From Blastocladiella emersonii ATCC 22665 (Eukaryota > Fungi > Blastocladiomycota): a stretch of 64,000 nt of DNA. Both the position numbers and the translations under genes were made by a program. The stretch spans positions 248,001 to 312,000 of the forward strand of contig JANHCV010000013.1 of the NCBI GenBank assembly GCA_025594325.1, read 5' to 3'. A model generated the notes under the pieces. It worked only from the letters and a program-made list of their open reading frames with translations. It did not search any database and was not told the DNA's origin. Shown one piece after another: positions 1-13,560 of this stretch; the first letter of the stretch is position 1; the number at the start of each line of letters is the position of its first letter.

Positions 1-515
1 GCTCTGCCAGTAAACCAGCCTCACCGCATACCGCCAGTAAGCTGCACTCACGACACTCGCACCGCATGCTCACCATGTCACGATGCTCGCCGCGGGATGC
101 TGTGACTCTGAGACTCCATGACTGCGCCCAGCTTCAAGATTATGGTTGAGTGAGAATCGGACGAATAAGCCGTTCCTAGCCCTTGTGTGATTGCAAGCGT
201 CGATTAAGATCGAGCAGCTTGTCGAACCGCATCACCGCTAAACTTGTGCCCGGCGCTCCGTAACTGCAACCCGACCGCATTGACCAATATTTCATCGACA
301 ACCAGCGCTGCAATGTGAGCACGGGCGCACGTTGAGAGTTGACGTGCATCCCAACTTACTTCGCGACGCGAGGAATGTATTCTCAGCACTTCATTCTCCG
401 CGGAGAAAGTCGTTGAAATCGCTGGATAAACTGATTTGCGCGTGGGAATGGGGATACAAAAACGTCATGTTGAGTGCGGGAGGGGTGAATTAGACAAGGC
501 TGGCTGTCACCAAAG

Positions 516-1448
516 CTAGAGCTGGGAATAGATGCTTCGTGCCATAGCAGCGTCGATCAGGTTGCCGTTGAGCCACAGTTTGACAAGCGACTGAGGCAGG
601 TTGGTCGCGAGCGCCTCGGCGCCAATGCCGCCGATGTTGTTCTCGCCCAGGTGTAGCTCGAGAAGGGCCGAGGGCAAGTTGGTCGCCAGTGCCTGGGCGC
701 CTCGGTCACCGATCTGGTTCTGGCCGGGATGCAGGGAGCGCAAGGATGCAGGTAATTTGCGCGCAATGGCCGTGGCGCCAGCATCGCCAAGCTGGTTCCC
801 AGTCAGGTTCAAGCATGTCAAGGTCTGAGGGAATCAACCTGCAATGGCTTCCGCGCCCCCGCTCCGAATCACGTTGTAAGTTAGCTGCAGCTTGCTGAGC
901 GAGCGCGGCAGACTGGCTGCGAGTGCTGCCGCACCACCATCGCCAATCAGGTTGTTGGGCAAGTCGAGTTCCGAGAGGGACGCCGGGAGCAGAGCTGCAA
1001 TCGCATGGGCTCCTGTATCACCAGGCGTGTTGTCGTTGAGCGCCAGAATCGTAAGCGAACACGGAAGGCTGACGGCAATCGCCTCGGCACCAATCCTCCC
1101 GATCTTGTTTTGACCCAGGTCGAGCTTGACAAGGGAAGCAGGTAAGTGCTCCGAGATGGCCCACGCCCCGACATCGCCAATGTTGTTGTTTAGAAGCTCA
1201 AGGACGCGAAGCGACTGCGGAAGCATGGCTGCCAGCTGTCGCGCAATCGCATCGTCCACGTTGCAACCGTTGAGAATGAGCCCAGTGACAAGTGGGTAGT
1301 GTTGAGCGAGAGTCAAGCCGAGCTCGCTCAGTTCCTTGAAGTCGAGCGGCGTACTGCTCAGGTCGCATGTGAAAAACCTGGTCGATTTGCTCCGGTTGCA
1401 CGTCGAAGCTTTGTCGACCGGGTCCGAGATGCCACAGCTCGAAGTCAA
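516..1448 (-). pseudogene. Ribonuclease-inhibitor-like LRR domain (C-terminal part of a disrupted MLKL-like/kinase/LRR gene)
   Basis: About 28-aa repeats LPxSLxxLxLxxNxIGDxGAxALA in ORFs 834-1448 and 516-821. The two ORFs are in frame and separated only by a TGA at 834-836 (AIAG*FPQTL). Confidence 0.85.
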
Positions 1449-1639
1449 TTTCGGGCTTTGGCTCGGTGCAGAACTGGCGCTGGAAGCGATACCCGAGTCG
1501 GCCTAGCGAAATCGCGGTCGGGTAAAGTTAGCGTCAAGCTCGGCACGAGTGCGCTGAGTTGAATTGTACCTCAGACTTGTTGGGTGTCCGGCGGTGTCCG
1601 GGCGTCACCAAAGGCAGGTGAAGGGATGTTGGCAGTGTC

Positions 1640-2400
1640 GCGAAGCATGCTCAGCTTGTTGCCGATCGATGGGAAGGTGGGTCGCATGGTCCAATCGTGC
1701 AACCAGCACTGCTCCACCAGCGCCCAAAGCTCGGGCGACTAGCTGGCCGCGGCCGTTGGCGGGTTGGGACGCTCGCCGGCTCGAATCCACTCCTTGATCA
1801 CATCGAGGTCGTGCTCCGCGTAGAACGGGATGTTTCCTGTGACATCTTCGTAAATCACCATGGCGAATGCAAAAACGTCGGGTTGCAGGTCATAGCGGCC
1901 GCCCCGCTTGTAGCGCTCAGGAGCCACCCATCGAACATTGCTAACCGATCCGGATTTAAAGGTCGCGGCACGGCTGGCCTGCGAAAGCGCGCGGGACTGT
2001 CCAAAGTCGCACACCTGTGCGCGGCTGTAGCCGTCGACAAGAACATTGTTGCCCTTGAGGTCGCGGTGAAGAATTCGCTGGCCGTGCAAGTAAGCCATGC
2101 CCTGGGCTGTCTCATGCAATAGTCAAAGGTGCTCGTGCGGCCGGCCGGCAGCGTTGGCCAGGTCGCCGCCTTCCATGAGCGGCATGACCAAGAACGGAGT
2201 GTTGCTAGTAAGCGAGACACCGAGAAGTGGGATAAAGTGCGGATGCTGCATGTTGCTCCAAATGAGTGCCTCCTTCGCTGCCATATCAAGAACCGGGCGA
2301 TCAGCTTGGCAACCCTGGTGGTCGATTTGATGCAGGTCGCGGACACGACCTCCCCGAAACCTCCACGGCCAATAACCTTGCCAGACCCGCTGTAGTCATA
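1640..2400 (-). pseudogene. TKL-type protein kinase domain with frameshifts and an in-frame stop
   Basis: IGRGGFGEV, KEALIWSNMQHPHFIPLLGV, LVMPLMEGGDL, HRDLKGNNVL, DFG, WVAPE and LVEQCW..RP are spread over several frames. TGA at 2123-2125 (EHL*LLHETAQG). Confidence 0.9.
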
Positions 2401-2479
2401 GGACGTGACAGCAAGCCGGTCGAGAGCCTTTTCACTGGCGGTACGCTCGATGTGGACGGTGGAATAGCGGTTGATTGTC

Positions 2480-3116
2480 GACTGAAGATGCTTGTATTGT
2501 AAACTTGCTGCATCAGTTGCATCATTTGGTCCGATTGAGCCTGCGACGCGTCGAGGCGGCTCTGAAGCGCAGCCAGGGCCTCGGGTAGGTCCTTGTTCTG
2601 AAGAGCCAGATCGCGAAACAAGTCCGAGTGGTGCGTCGCAAGCACTTGTTCCATCGAGGCAAGAAGCGAAGCGTTAGCGCGGTCGGTCGCGGCCTTGATT
2701 TCGGCGACCATCTCTTTGGGAGAGAAGTTGAGCTGCACTGCCAGCTGGAGATCGCCAGCGAGCGCCGTGAGCGTGTGGCCCGCCTCCAGGAGAGTGGCGT
2801 GGTGCTGCTGGGCGAACATGGCACGGTTGAAGTATGAAGCCTTGTTCAGCTTCTCGGCAGTCTCAACAATCTTGGCCAGAGTGTCGCGAAGAAGTACCAC
2901 TGGCTTTTCCAGTTTGGCAGGCAGGTGGCCACGCGCGTCGCGGGGTACAGCGTCCGAAGCCTCGTACAGGTTCGTGCAGCGGTGAAGAAGGACGCGCGTG
3001 AGCTCGGGGAACTCGCGGGACGTTTGAGCATTGTTGACGAGAAATTTGAGCTGGTACAGAAGGGGAGAGATCTCCTTCATCCCAATGCCGGCGGCGGCAG
3101 CGGTGAAAGCCACCAT
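2480..3116 (-). pseudogene. Helical N-terminal domain resembling the MLKL four-helix bundle, upstream of the kinase
   Basis: ORF 2301-3116 has an amphipathic helical pattern (LRDTLAKIVETAEKLNKASYFNRAMF...LAGDLQLAVQ) followed by a coiled-coil-like brace and runs into the kinase. The MLKL assignment is pattern-based. Confidence 0.55.
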
Positions 3117-3658
3117 GACTGCAAATAAATATCCGGGCGTGTTGCTGGCTGCACAAAGACGCGATTGGTGCCGGCTTGGCTCGAAGTTGGGTTCCGTGAA
3201 CGAAGTGATAAGGTCCTTGGCCGAAGAGAGAGGAAGAGCGGCGTGCGAGCGGGCGGCGGGAGGACCAGACGCGAAGCCTCGCGGCAGTGCGGTGCGGTGC
3301 GGTGCAAGGCGCCTTGGGCCTCATCTGCGGCCCTCAAGCCATCAAGGTCCAGCGATCGGACAGCTGCGGCAACTTAGAAAGGTAAGCATTTGATGCATGA
3401 GGTCCTGCGAGGGAGACAGGGAAGGCGCGAGATGCTCTCGTCACATGCGATCACCCGCTCCCCCACGCCGCTCGCGTCAGGTGACCTCACCTGGTGTGGC
3501 GCAACGCGTCCATGAGCCCTCGAGCGTCCATCACCGCGAGCTTGAAGGCTTACTTTCCCATTTTGAGGCAGAATCAAACCTTCTTGTAACGAACCGCCCA
3601 CTTGGCAGCTTTCGAATCTGACGTTCGACGCGCGAGTTCATGTGACTACGCCACTGAA

Positions 3659-4425
3659 TAGCGATGTTGAGCACCTGGCGGCGCATTCTCACGAGCGGCA
3701 TTCTCACGAATGTGGCGCACCGCAGTTCCCGTTCCGAGCAAGCGAGCCCGTTCACGGCCTGTCGAGAAACTCCACTACATATACACTCCCCACGATCTAT
3801 GAACCTGCGGGACTTATTGCACTAGGTTGCCCAGGGCATCCGCAAGCGGCTGAGCTCGTTTGAGCCGGATTCTCGCGGAGGATGGTGGCAGCGAGCATCG
3901 CCCACGTCGCCTTCAGCGTCAGCTCTTGATATCAGCGCCTGGAACGATCAACATGGCCCTGAACATCATGATCCGAGACGATCAACAGCGTCAACCAACT
4001 TGAGGGTGACCTAGACCATGAAAACTACCAACAGTTCAAGCACGCACGCGTCGCCTTTCAATCTTCACTCAGCTGGAGTCCTGACGCTCTAAAACGAAGC
4101 ATAAATCAAATGATAGCACTGCTGATGCGCGCGTCATTGAAGTTGCGCGAGCACCCTCGCGAAACGGCTCGTCCGCGGTGGAGCTGTTCGTCAAGTCCTT
4201 GAACTCGTATGAAAAAAATTCAGCGGATATTCAAGCGTCTCCCGAATGTGTTGCAGCAAGTCTCATTGAGTAACAAGTCGAGGTGTATGTATGCAGAGCG
4301 ACGTGGAGATGAAGGTGGGGCTGGCCCTCGGGTTGAGCTCGCTTGCTCGGAACGGGAACTGCGGTGCGCCACATTCGTGAGAATGCCGCTCGTGAGAATG
4401 CGCCGCCGGGCGCTCAACATCGCTA
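3659..4425. mobile_element. Non-autonomous TIR element: 89-bp inverted repeats (including a probable TA TSD) around ~590 bp of degenerate sequence
   Basis: 3659-3747 is the reverse complement of 4337-4425 with 2 mismatches. Each arm has GCATTCTCACGA twice. Ends read TA-GCGATG...CATCGC-TA. Confidence 0.7.
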
Positions 4426-4839
4426 ATGGGGCACCGCCAAACGTTCGACTCGGACGGCCCCGGCAGCGCGCGCCTGGGCCAGCTGCGTAATTTATTCAAG
4501 AGAATCTCTGCTTGCTCTCCGGGTCCGCACGATGAAGGTGAAGAACGAGAATGTGCTGGGTAGGTCGACCAGGATGGTGATCCTTGCCGCGTCGCGTCTT
4601 TCAAAATGTCGTCACTCTAAGCCAAGAGGCATAAGGAGCGCTGTCGGGCATAATGCAAGAATTTAAGGTTCATGGGTGGAATGGGCTCTCGATATACGGA
4701 CTCACAGGCTGGAAAGCGTCCGCTGCCCGGCGGCAGTGGGCGCTGGATCAACGAACCAGCCGGGGCCATCACCACATGATATCGCAACGCGCCTCGCAAT
4801 AACGCAATAACTTGTTGGGCAACTCAGCGGGTCAGGTCA

Positions 4840-7439
4840 ACGTCCATTTATCGATATCAGTGACTCGACGAGCGCAAAGTATAAAGCAATTATGATATCC
4901 CATTCCTTTGGCCCGCTGTCCCCCGAAGAATGCTCACCGTTTCGAGAGCGAGCCGACAGGAGCAACACGTTGGAGCTCCGCAACAGAATCCAAGCGAGAC
5001 TGGCGCTTGCACTCCGTAATGGCGGACCGAACCCACTGGGCGCCACGGACAGCGTCCAGGGCGCCGTTAGGGACAAGGCGCCAGAAATCGACGTGGGTCG
5101 GACGTGACAAGATTTCGAGAAGGACGTCGAGATTCGAGCGGATGAGCAGGGAAATCACTTCACGCTGCGGAAACTCTGTGTTGTGCGTGCGGCATTCATG
5201 CTGGAGCAGTTTGTCCGGGCAGGGAATGCTGTCAAGTCCCTGGCATAGCGCGAGCTTGCAAAAGTTGGGAAGCTCTTTGAAGAGCCTGCCGCGATGCCGG
5301 CCAAGAGGTCAGATAGGGTCGCAAACCACGCCGGCTGACCCACGAGCCGGCACATATCGTACGTGCGCACGCCACCTCGGCCAACAATGAGTGAAGCGCA
5401 CGCGTCGCGCCACGCAGAGCCTAACGGTGCAGTAAGCATGATCCCAAGCAGTTTTGAGCCGGCCTTGGAGCGGAGGACCTTGTCCATGGCCGCTGCCCGA
5501 GTCTCGGGGTTCCGGAGGGCAGCCACAATCAGGCCAAGCATCGAAGCGTACTTTTCGTTGAATTCGTCGGGCATGCGCTCGATGGTGGCTACGGCAAGCG
5601 GGAACAAGACCATGGGGTTGTTGTAACGGGCGGAAGTTGCCGCGATGGTCGAGGCGGTCGGCACGGCAAAGACAGCGCCGAATCGGCTCCAGTGGCGACC
5701 CTTGTAGGCTTTGGCCTTTTAATCATTTGCGCTACGGCCCGAGCGGATGCACTTTGCAAACTTGATTACAAGCTCCGAGGTCAGCGCGGCACCCAGGTGC
5801 GCGTGGGCGAACTCGAATACTCGGCGGGCACCACTCATGCCTGGCATGGTCGCGTTTAGGAAGAGAAAGAAAGCTACGTAGGAGGAGGAGTAGGAGGTTA
5901 CAGGTTTGCGCGCGGAAGCGAAATTGATTTGAGAGTCGGATGAGCCGTTAGTTCCTGAGCCATGGACCTTCATGCCACACGCGCATGCGAAACGCGAACA
6001 AATCACCACGACGTACCATTGAGAAGAACATCCGGAAGCCGCGAAGATCCAGCGTGCGCAGCCACCGCCCTCTTGAGTTGCTCAAGCGGGGTACCCTCCG
6101 CTTCCTTGGAGCAAGCATAGGCCAGGACGAGCGGCAGGAGCTCGACGTCAGACAGCTCCTTGCTGTGGACAAGCTCGTCGAGTAGAACCAGTGAGCCGGC
6201 ATTCTGGTGGAAATCCAGAAAGGCAAGCTCGGCGCGGATTGCGGGTGTTGTACTCGTGAGCACCTCGATTGTGAAGCAGCAGCAAGCGAGGACTTGTGCG
6301 AGAGCCGGCTGCAGTTCGGGCCGCTTGAGGAGCTCAAAGACGCCCAGGCCGAGAAGGCGGCCCAGGAATGCGGGCTCGTGCCGTGAAATCCACTCGATAG
6401 TGCGCGCAACATTGTCCGAGGCCGGACGGAAGGTGGTCGCATGTTCGCTGAGGAGGTGGCGGAACTTGGGCTGGCCGGTGCAGGCACCAAGTATTGTCGA
6501 GAAGGCCGGGGTGAGTCTGAGTCTGGTGAGCGCCTCGAAGAAGGCGGGGTTCCAGAACAGGATCGAGAGCAGCGCGAGGTAGTCAATTAGGCGATGCGGC
6601 TGCGACAAGCGCTGAAAGGTAAAGACTTGGGTCCGCGGGAAGGCCCGATGGGCGAGGAACCAGTCGTCACAGGAGACGTTGAGCAGCTCGGGCGCGTGCT
6701 CGAGCGTGTCCTGGAGCAGCTGATGGGTGGCCGAGGCGTTGCCCTGCGTGACGGCGGCGACGAGAAGCTGAACTTGAGAGTAGACGGGCAAATCAATGCA
6801 TTTTGGGAGGCTGGCTTTGATCCAGACCTGGCGCATGGAAGTGGGGTCGGATTTGAATCGCACAATTGTGCCCTCGGGCGATCTGGCAAGCTGCGAGAGA
6901 ACATTCGGATCGGACGCCCACGTTTCGCGAAGCAAGTTGATACGTTCAAGTAGCATGTCGGAAGCCGCGCGAAAGAAGAAGCGGCTGTAACGATGGGCCG
7001 TCAGTGCGGGTGCCGCAGTTGCATCGCCGCGGCAGGAAGTGAAAGGAGCCAGGTAGCCGTCGAGGTCGGTCAAGGGGAGAGCGTCGCAGGGAAATGCCTG
7101 AAAGACGGCGCGGGCGAGCACCCGGCGCAGACAGCGGAGGTTCCAGGAGCTTTTGGCCGCTGGCACGGAGAAAGTGTGCCAGAGATCGCGGGTGACTGCG
7201 AGCAGACTGCCGCGTGGGGCTGCGAGCTGCAACACGAGGGTCAGTACGTCGGTTGGGGCAGTGCACAGGGTCGGCTCGGCCTGCGGGGACGGAAAGGTCA
7301 GCGGAGACGTCGGCGGTGGCGGGAAAGTTGCCGCGGGCGATGTTGGGTCCCCGACTGCACCGTGGGCAGCGTCAGCGTCAGCGTCACATGGATAATGCAA
7401 GAAGTGATCGTTCATGGCAAGCGTTGCGTTTGGTTTCAT
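4840..7439 (-). pseudogene. Lineage-specific F-box-like + helical-repeat gene, copy A (ORF 6003-7439 plus downstream fragments)
   Basis: The N-terminus LCTAPTDVLTLVLQLAAPR matches copy B (LPEAPDDILTRVCQLAAPR). Fragment 5155-5664 (AALRNPETRAAAMDKV...SKLLGIML) matches copy B (IALAVPEARERALEV...SQLLAAMV). Confidence 0.6.
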
Positions 7440-7851
7440 GGATGGAAGTCAACTGGGGTCGGAGAGGTCGGAGAAGAAAGGGAGAGCGGCGCGCGCGATC
7501 GGCTCGAGGCGGAAGTGTGGGAACGAGGTCCGCCACGCTGAACGTGACGTGTCACGTTGCCCCGCTCGGGTCGCGTTGCGCCACACTTCACTTCACCCTC
7601 AAAAGCCGCCAGATGCGGATCGATCGATCCACGGCAGCAATCAGGGTCGCGGCCGCCGTTACGTGTGCCGCCCGCCTGCAGGCGATGATGACCAGCGACG
7701 GCGGGCAATCTTGACGCAAACTGCCTGTCGCCACCTCATGTTCCCAGCGGACCTGTCGGCGCGGGTGCGGTGCGAATTTTTCAGGTGAATAGATATATGT
7801 TTATGAGGAGAAAACTCGGATCAGATCGATCAACAAGCCATCAGCAGTAGC

Positions 7852-9842
7852 CTACGGTGACGTCGGAAACGGCGAAATGGTAAATGTGCCAGGGTGAGCT
7901 TCATCGAGCTCGAGTAATGCTGCATGCAAGTTGGGACTCATGAGATCTGGCGAAAGAGCGAGCTTAAAGTGCCCCGCCCGCGCGGCACCAAGCTCGAGAA
8001 GGCGCGCGAAACCGACGTCGCCGAACTCAATCCAAATCACATCCAGAGACTTGACCGAGTGCGGAACCCGGGCAGCGAGAAGGTCCGCCGCCTCGTCAGT
8101 CAACAACCCGCACTCCTTCAGTGAGAGGACTTTGAGTGTAGGAAAATCGAGGTCCAAGATACCTCGAACGCAAGCGTCGTCAACGTTGAGACAGCGATCG
8201 AGACACAGCGCGGTCAAGCGTGGGCCAAAGAGCCGCCGGAAAAGCTGCAGTGCGACTTTGCTGCTGTCCAATGAGAGTCCACCGATATTCAGCACCCGCA
8301 AGTCATGGAGTGGGTAGTCGCAAGTCAAGTTTGCTTCTCCATCGGAAACGAGGTCGTCGATGGCATTCGTGCCCACCAACGACTGCATGTGCAGGGCTGT
8401 GAGCGCCGGTAGAGCGCGACGGAGGAGCGCAAGGAGATCTGGAACGTTGGCACCCACACCATTTAGGCGAAGAGTGTCGATTGAATCGGGAAGTTGGGGA
8501 AATAGGATTCAAAGACCGGCGCTTCCGATTTCCCCGTTCCAATTGAGCGTCAGCGTGCTCAGGGACTTTGGCAGTCGCGGCCCGAGCTCGGCAGCACCGG
8601 CCAAGATTATATCGCTCGAGATGAGATTCAAGCTCTCAAGGCCTGCCGGAAGTCCCTGCGCGAGCGTCGAAAAAACAAAACGGCGTCGCCAAGATCGCAT
8701 CTTTGAATTGTAAGAGTAGTCAGTGTGTCGGGGAGGGCGCGGGCGAGAAAGCCTACGGCTGCTTGGTCCAGATTACAATCATTGAGCACAAGCGTGGTCA
8801 AATCTCGCGGGAGGAGGCTCCCAAGTTGCGCGCCAAAGTGCGGGCGAGTCAAGTCCTCCAGTTCGATAATCAGAGTCGCAAGCGTCTCGGGCAGCGAGGG
8901 TGCCGCCACGCCCGGTGCACAACCGTACGTAATCCGGTTCAAGGTGAGGCGGAGGAAGTTGAGCGACGGCGGAAAATTGATTGCCTGCAAGCGATCAAGG
9001 TCGAGGTCACACGTGTCGAGTGTGAGCGAGCGGACCGGGTGACCTGGAATAGCGAGCGCGCGGTTCAGGTCTTGAATTCCGTCCATCGAGACTCAGCCGT
9101 TGCTGATTTCGACGTGATCGCCGCGATCACCGCCGTCCATGACGTGCTGGTAAGCCCTCGCGCACCCTACGTCGCCAGCCAAAAAGCAACCGCCGGTCAC
9201 TTGAGCCGCTCCTTGGATGGAGTTAGCGGGATCTCGAGGCACGCCAAGGGCGGCGGCAACGTAGGCCGGATGGTAACTATTGGTTAGCGGAAGCCCGGAA
9301 TCACGCCAGACATCGAGGATTTGGTAAAGAAGGTTCCTATCATCCTGAAAATACGCTCTGGCAGAATGTTCCATGGGGAGGCCGAAGGCGATTCGAAAGC
9401 CAAGCAAGTCGAGTCGGCCAGTGACGCTTGCGTGGTCAACCGAGATACGTAAGACGAGCTGCTGGACGGCTTTGTAGGCCTCGGGGATGTGAGCGCGGGG
9501 GGCAACACGCAGATACGGCGAAAGAACGTTGACGTCGGCGCCGCCTGCGATGTCGTCGTCATGGAGTCGCACGGCCTCGGCGAGGATCGTGTCGACGAGC
9601 TCCGATATGCCAATGTCCGGACGATGCATGGAGTCGCATGGATTCATGGTTGCTGCGAGGGGCGAAATGTGCGCAGCGCAACGAGCTCGAGCGCGGTGCG
9701 ACGGCGGCGAGCGAAAATCGACGCGACCGGGCACTGCCGCGTTCGCTTCAGCACGCTCACGTGGCGGTCCCATGATATCAAAACGCGTCGATTTGAGGCA
9801 ACCGTTTTGTTTGGAGCGTGCTACGGAGCAGACACCGCTCAT
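7852..9842 (-). pseudogene. Ankyrin-like + LRR gene, fragmented
   Basis: ILDVWRDSGL ankyrin-like motif in 9093-9842. LPxxLxxLxL repeats in 8628-9086 and 8509-8700, and LRR-like segments in 7852-8457. Several frame breaks. Confidence 0.6.
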
Positions 9843-9899
9843 GTCGTCATTCCGACGCGGCGAGCTTGAAGCGGCCCACAGGTTTACTGTTCAGCGAAA

Positions 9900-11420
9900 T
9901 TTCGCAATGAACGGGATGTATCTTGCGGTCGGCGCTCACTGTGAGACGAAGAGGTGAGCGCAAAAACGTGTTTGAGATAAACGCTGCGTGGGGAACACGC
10001 AGTGTTGAATGGAGCGTGACCTGCATGCTCCGTGAAGAGACGGTAGGGTCCACAAAGCGAGTTTACTGCGGACTGGAAAAAGCCGACGGTGAAGGGGGTA
10101 TTAAAGAAAGATGAAGCCATGACGGAGGGGTAGTTGTACGCACACCAGTTTGACCGAGAAGCTTGAGCCCAAGAGGGGTCGCGTCCGCGGTGGGTACGTC
10201 CTCGATCGGAAGGTTTGGTACGAGTGCGGTCGGGTGATAGGGAGGAAAGCGAGCAGAGAGACGGTGGAAAGCAGACGCACCATCAAGGAGAATACCGCCC
10301 CACAGCTCGCCATACTACGGAACGAAGCCATTGCAAAGCAAATCCTCGTCGTACTTGTCGTCAAATTCAAACGTACGCGCAAGGGCAGCCTTGTAGCAGG
10401 ACGTGCCGACCAAGTCGAATGGAAGGAGCGGAAGGGTCTGATCAACCGTCGCCTTAAATGCCCATGTAGAATGTCGGGGTTTCGTCCAAAAAATGCCTTG
10501 TGGTCGACCTTGGCCAAAAGTCCGCCTCAACTGGCTCGGGGAACCGCGCGATGAGAAGCGCGAGCGCGGCCGGATCATGAAAGGTAATAATGCCACTGCG
10601 CAGTGGCAGGAGTGGTGGGCCCTCGCTGAACGTTGAACTAGCCGCGCGCGTACAACCAGCCAAAGACGGCCGCTACAGACTCGCTCGGCGGCGGATGTAC
10701 TTGTGAGGCGAGCGTAAAGATATGACACCCCAAGTCAAGTCCCGCCGACGCGATCGCAACAAGTGCAGCGACCTGATCAATGCCGTACTCGGGGCGGCGC
10801 GAGAGCAGCTGAAGCGAGTCGTGGTGCTACTATACGGTCGCGATGAAAGCAAGCGCGTCCGTAAAGCTTGGCATCCAATACTGGGTCGCCGGAACACGTC
10901 CGCAAGATTATCCTTCCGTGTTGACCTAGTTGAGCGTGAGCTGTAAGAGGTCCATGAACGGGTGCCAGCTTCAACCACTCGGGCCAGCTGAGAGTTCGAG
11001 GTAAGATCGAAGATGTGGCCACGCCGTCCTGATGCGCGCGAGGAGCTTCTCGGCAAGGATGCGGGCCCGCACAAGAAACCGAGGCGAGAGCCGGTTTCCG
11101 CAGGAGCGGCCGAACGTGTCGAGCGCGCGGCGCGCGCGCATAGTCGTGGACCAAACAAACTCTGCGGGTGAGATCGGGACTATCGTAAAGACTAGCAATC
11201 AAGCTGATTGACTGCCCAGGACGAGAGAAAGTGCGGGTTGGCTGTCATTGTGTACGGGCGCGCGAGAAGCGAGCTCCGAGCACCAACCAAGTCAAGGCGA
11301 AGCTGCGCGAGTTGGCTCACAGTGTGGCATGGCGGCGAGCTCGCGCGGAAGGTTGATGAGGCTCGGCAGCCGCATGGTAGATGGTCGCCGGTCGGATTGC
11401 ATGGAGTCTTTCATGTCTTT
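9900..11420 (-). pseudogene. Heavily degraded gene with an F-box-like start
   Basis: RLPSLINLPRELAAM near 11380-11330, followed by short coding-like fragments in alternating frames. Confidence 0.25.
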
Positions 11421-12499
11421 CATGGCATGCTATGTGGCAGTGGAGCGCCAGAGTGGAACGCGGAGGAAGGCGACCAAGATTGCCGCCACGACGACGAACG
11501 CCACTCGGTTCGGTCAGCCTGGGCCACGTGCGCGTGTTCGGCGCGGGTCGGCGGCACGGGTCGGCGGCGCGGGTCAGCGAGATCATGTTTCCATTCCAAG
11601 GATGATTCCGAGCCCGAAATGGGATTAATGCGGCATTCAAACATGCTTGAGCGGCGGCGGCGGCGTTCCGCATGCCGCAGTAGCTGGGCTGCTAGCCATG
11701 GACGCGGCCATCATCATCTTGTAACCGGTGGTTGAGGGTGATCCATTTGAGCGGCAAGGGCTGAAATCAAACTGTCGCTGATTGTCTCCCCGCGGTGATT
11801 AATTTATTAATGCGTGCCTCGCACCGGTCACGCGAAAGTCACCCGACCTGAGCGCGACGCGTCGCGTGTCTCCTCTCCCGAAGCGATTCTCGCGCCACGC
11901 GGCAAGTTTTCTTTTGCTTCAAATGTATCGCACTTGACTCGCTTGCACCTGCTGCAACTTCATGGAGACTTGCAGCGACGGCAGGCGCCTGCCCTCCCGC
12001 ACGCACCCTCCCACCCGCGCTCCTTCCCCTTCGCCGCACGCCCTGCGCCGCCAAGCAGTCTCTCTCCACCACCACATGCAATGCAACATGACAACCATCC
12101 GAAACCCCGCGCTCGGCCGCCTACCGCGGCGCGGCGCGCGACTACACGTCACTCGACAACCGCAGCCCGATCCGCTCGTTCTCAAAAGGTGTCGTCGGTC
12201 GTGAGGTATCCTGGTACGCTGCCGCGTGGCGCGACCGCCCCTCGCTCTCCCTCGTGTAGATGCCCCCCGGTGCGGGCCTAGTACCCTCCTGGCCTAGTTC
12301 TCTCCCTCGGCACGCCCTTTGCGGCACGAGCCCTCGCCGTAAGGAAGCGTACGCACCGCCCACACCTCCCCCATCATACGCTCGTTCGCCCCGACGTATG
12401 CTGCGGCGGGCCCGTGTGTGGCGCGGCTGGCGGGGGTCTCGGCCGTTGCGGAGGGGCTAATGAAGGGAGGCAAACGGTGTGGCGGCCGAGTAGGTGGCG

Positions 12500-13560
12500 G
12501 GTAGTGGCCCATGGTCCTTTGCGTCTGTTGGGCGGAGCGGCTGGACCCGATCCAAAATACTACCCGTCGTACAGAAACGCCGCCCGCGCTGCACCGGGGG
12601 CACCCCCGTACGCCGGCTACCCCACCCACCCTCAAGTTCAAGTGCAATCGCAACGCGAGGCTCTCGATCGCGGGAAGCAGCAGGTACGGCGGCGCCGATG
12701 CTCGTCTTTGTGATGATCGCCTACTGACGCACAATTCTCGCCCGTCGTGTGTGTAGATCGCATCGCCTTCGTCCCCATCCACTACTCTACTACGACGCGA
12801 CGCGCGCAACCGGTCCGGCCGCGCGGCAGTTTCGCGTCGTGCGGCGGCGGCCGCCAGGTCAACTTCGGCCCCCATGGTCGCGTTCAAGTTCAAGGCGTGT
12901 TCGAGGTACCGCATCTCTGACCTGCAACCGCCGCCGCCGCGATCAGGACAACTCACGCTCTCCCTCTCACCCGTAGATCCATCTCCTCCAAGGTTCCGCG
13001 ACGCGTGCCGCTACCAGATCGTGTCGTGGTGCCACCGAGTCAAGTCAAGCTGCGCTCATCGTTTCGCTCGCCGTGACCGACCGACGCCCTCAAGAAGCTC
13101 AAGCGCCTGTACGTGCCGATCGAGCGGATCATCGAGCCCAAGAACGGCGGCGACACAAGCTCCTCGGGACCAACTTCCACCGCCGCCAGTACATGTGCAG
13201 ATCGCCGGCATTCCGCATCACGTTTCTCGCCGCCGACATGAACCTGCTGTCGCGGTCGGTCACGCTCAAGCCGGGCGACTGCCGCGCCCAAGTTGGTCCG
13301 CTGCTGTTGACCTCGATTCGTGCAAGCTTAAGGAGATCACTGTTTGCGCAGTTCAAGCTGAGCACCGGTCGGCCGTGTCCTCACAAAAGATACATGTACA
13401 CGGGTTCATCCGCGACGTCTTTCCTGAACTACTACGACTGATGCACATTGTAAAGGCCTCGGCGTCCGATTACGAGGTTGGAGGTTGAGGCTTAGCCGTC
13501 CGCGCTGCTAACATGGCCGTGTACGAGTCGCGCATCGCGATCAAGCCGGGCGACGGTTCC
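12500..13560 (+). pseudogene. Degraded spliced gene of unknown family
   Basis: Two intron-like segments (GTACGG...CTGAC...TAG at ~12685-12757; GTACCG...CCGTAG at ~12906-12975) between GC3-rich fragments such as DALKKLKRLYVPIERIIEPKNGG. Frameshifted. Confidence 0.3.
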
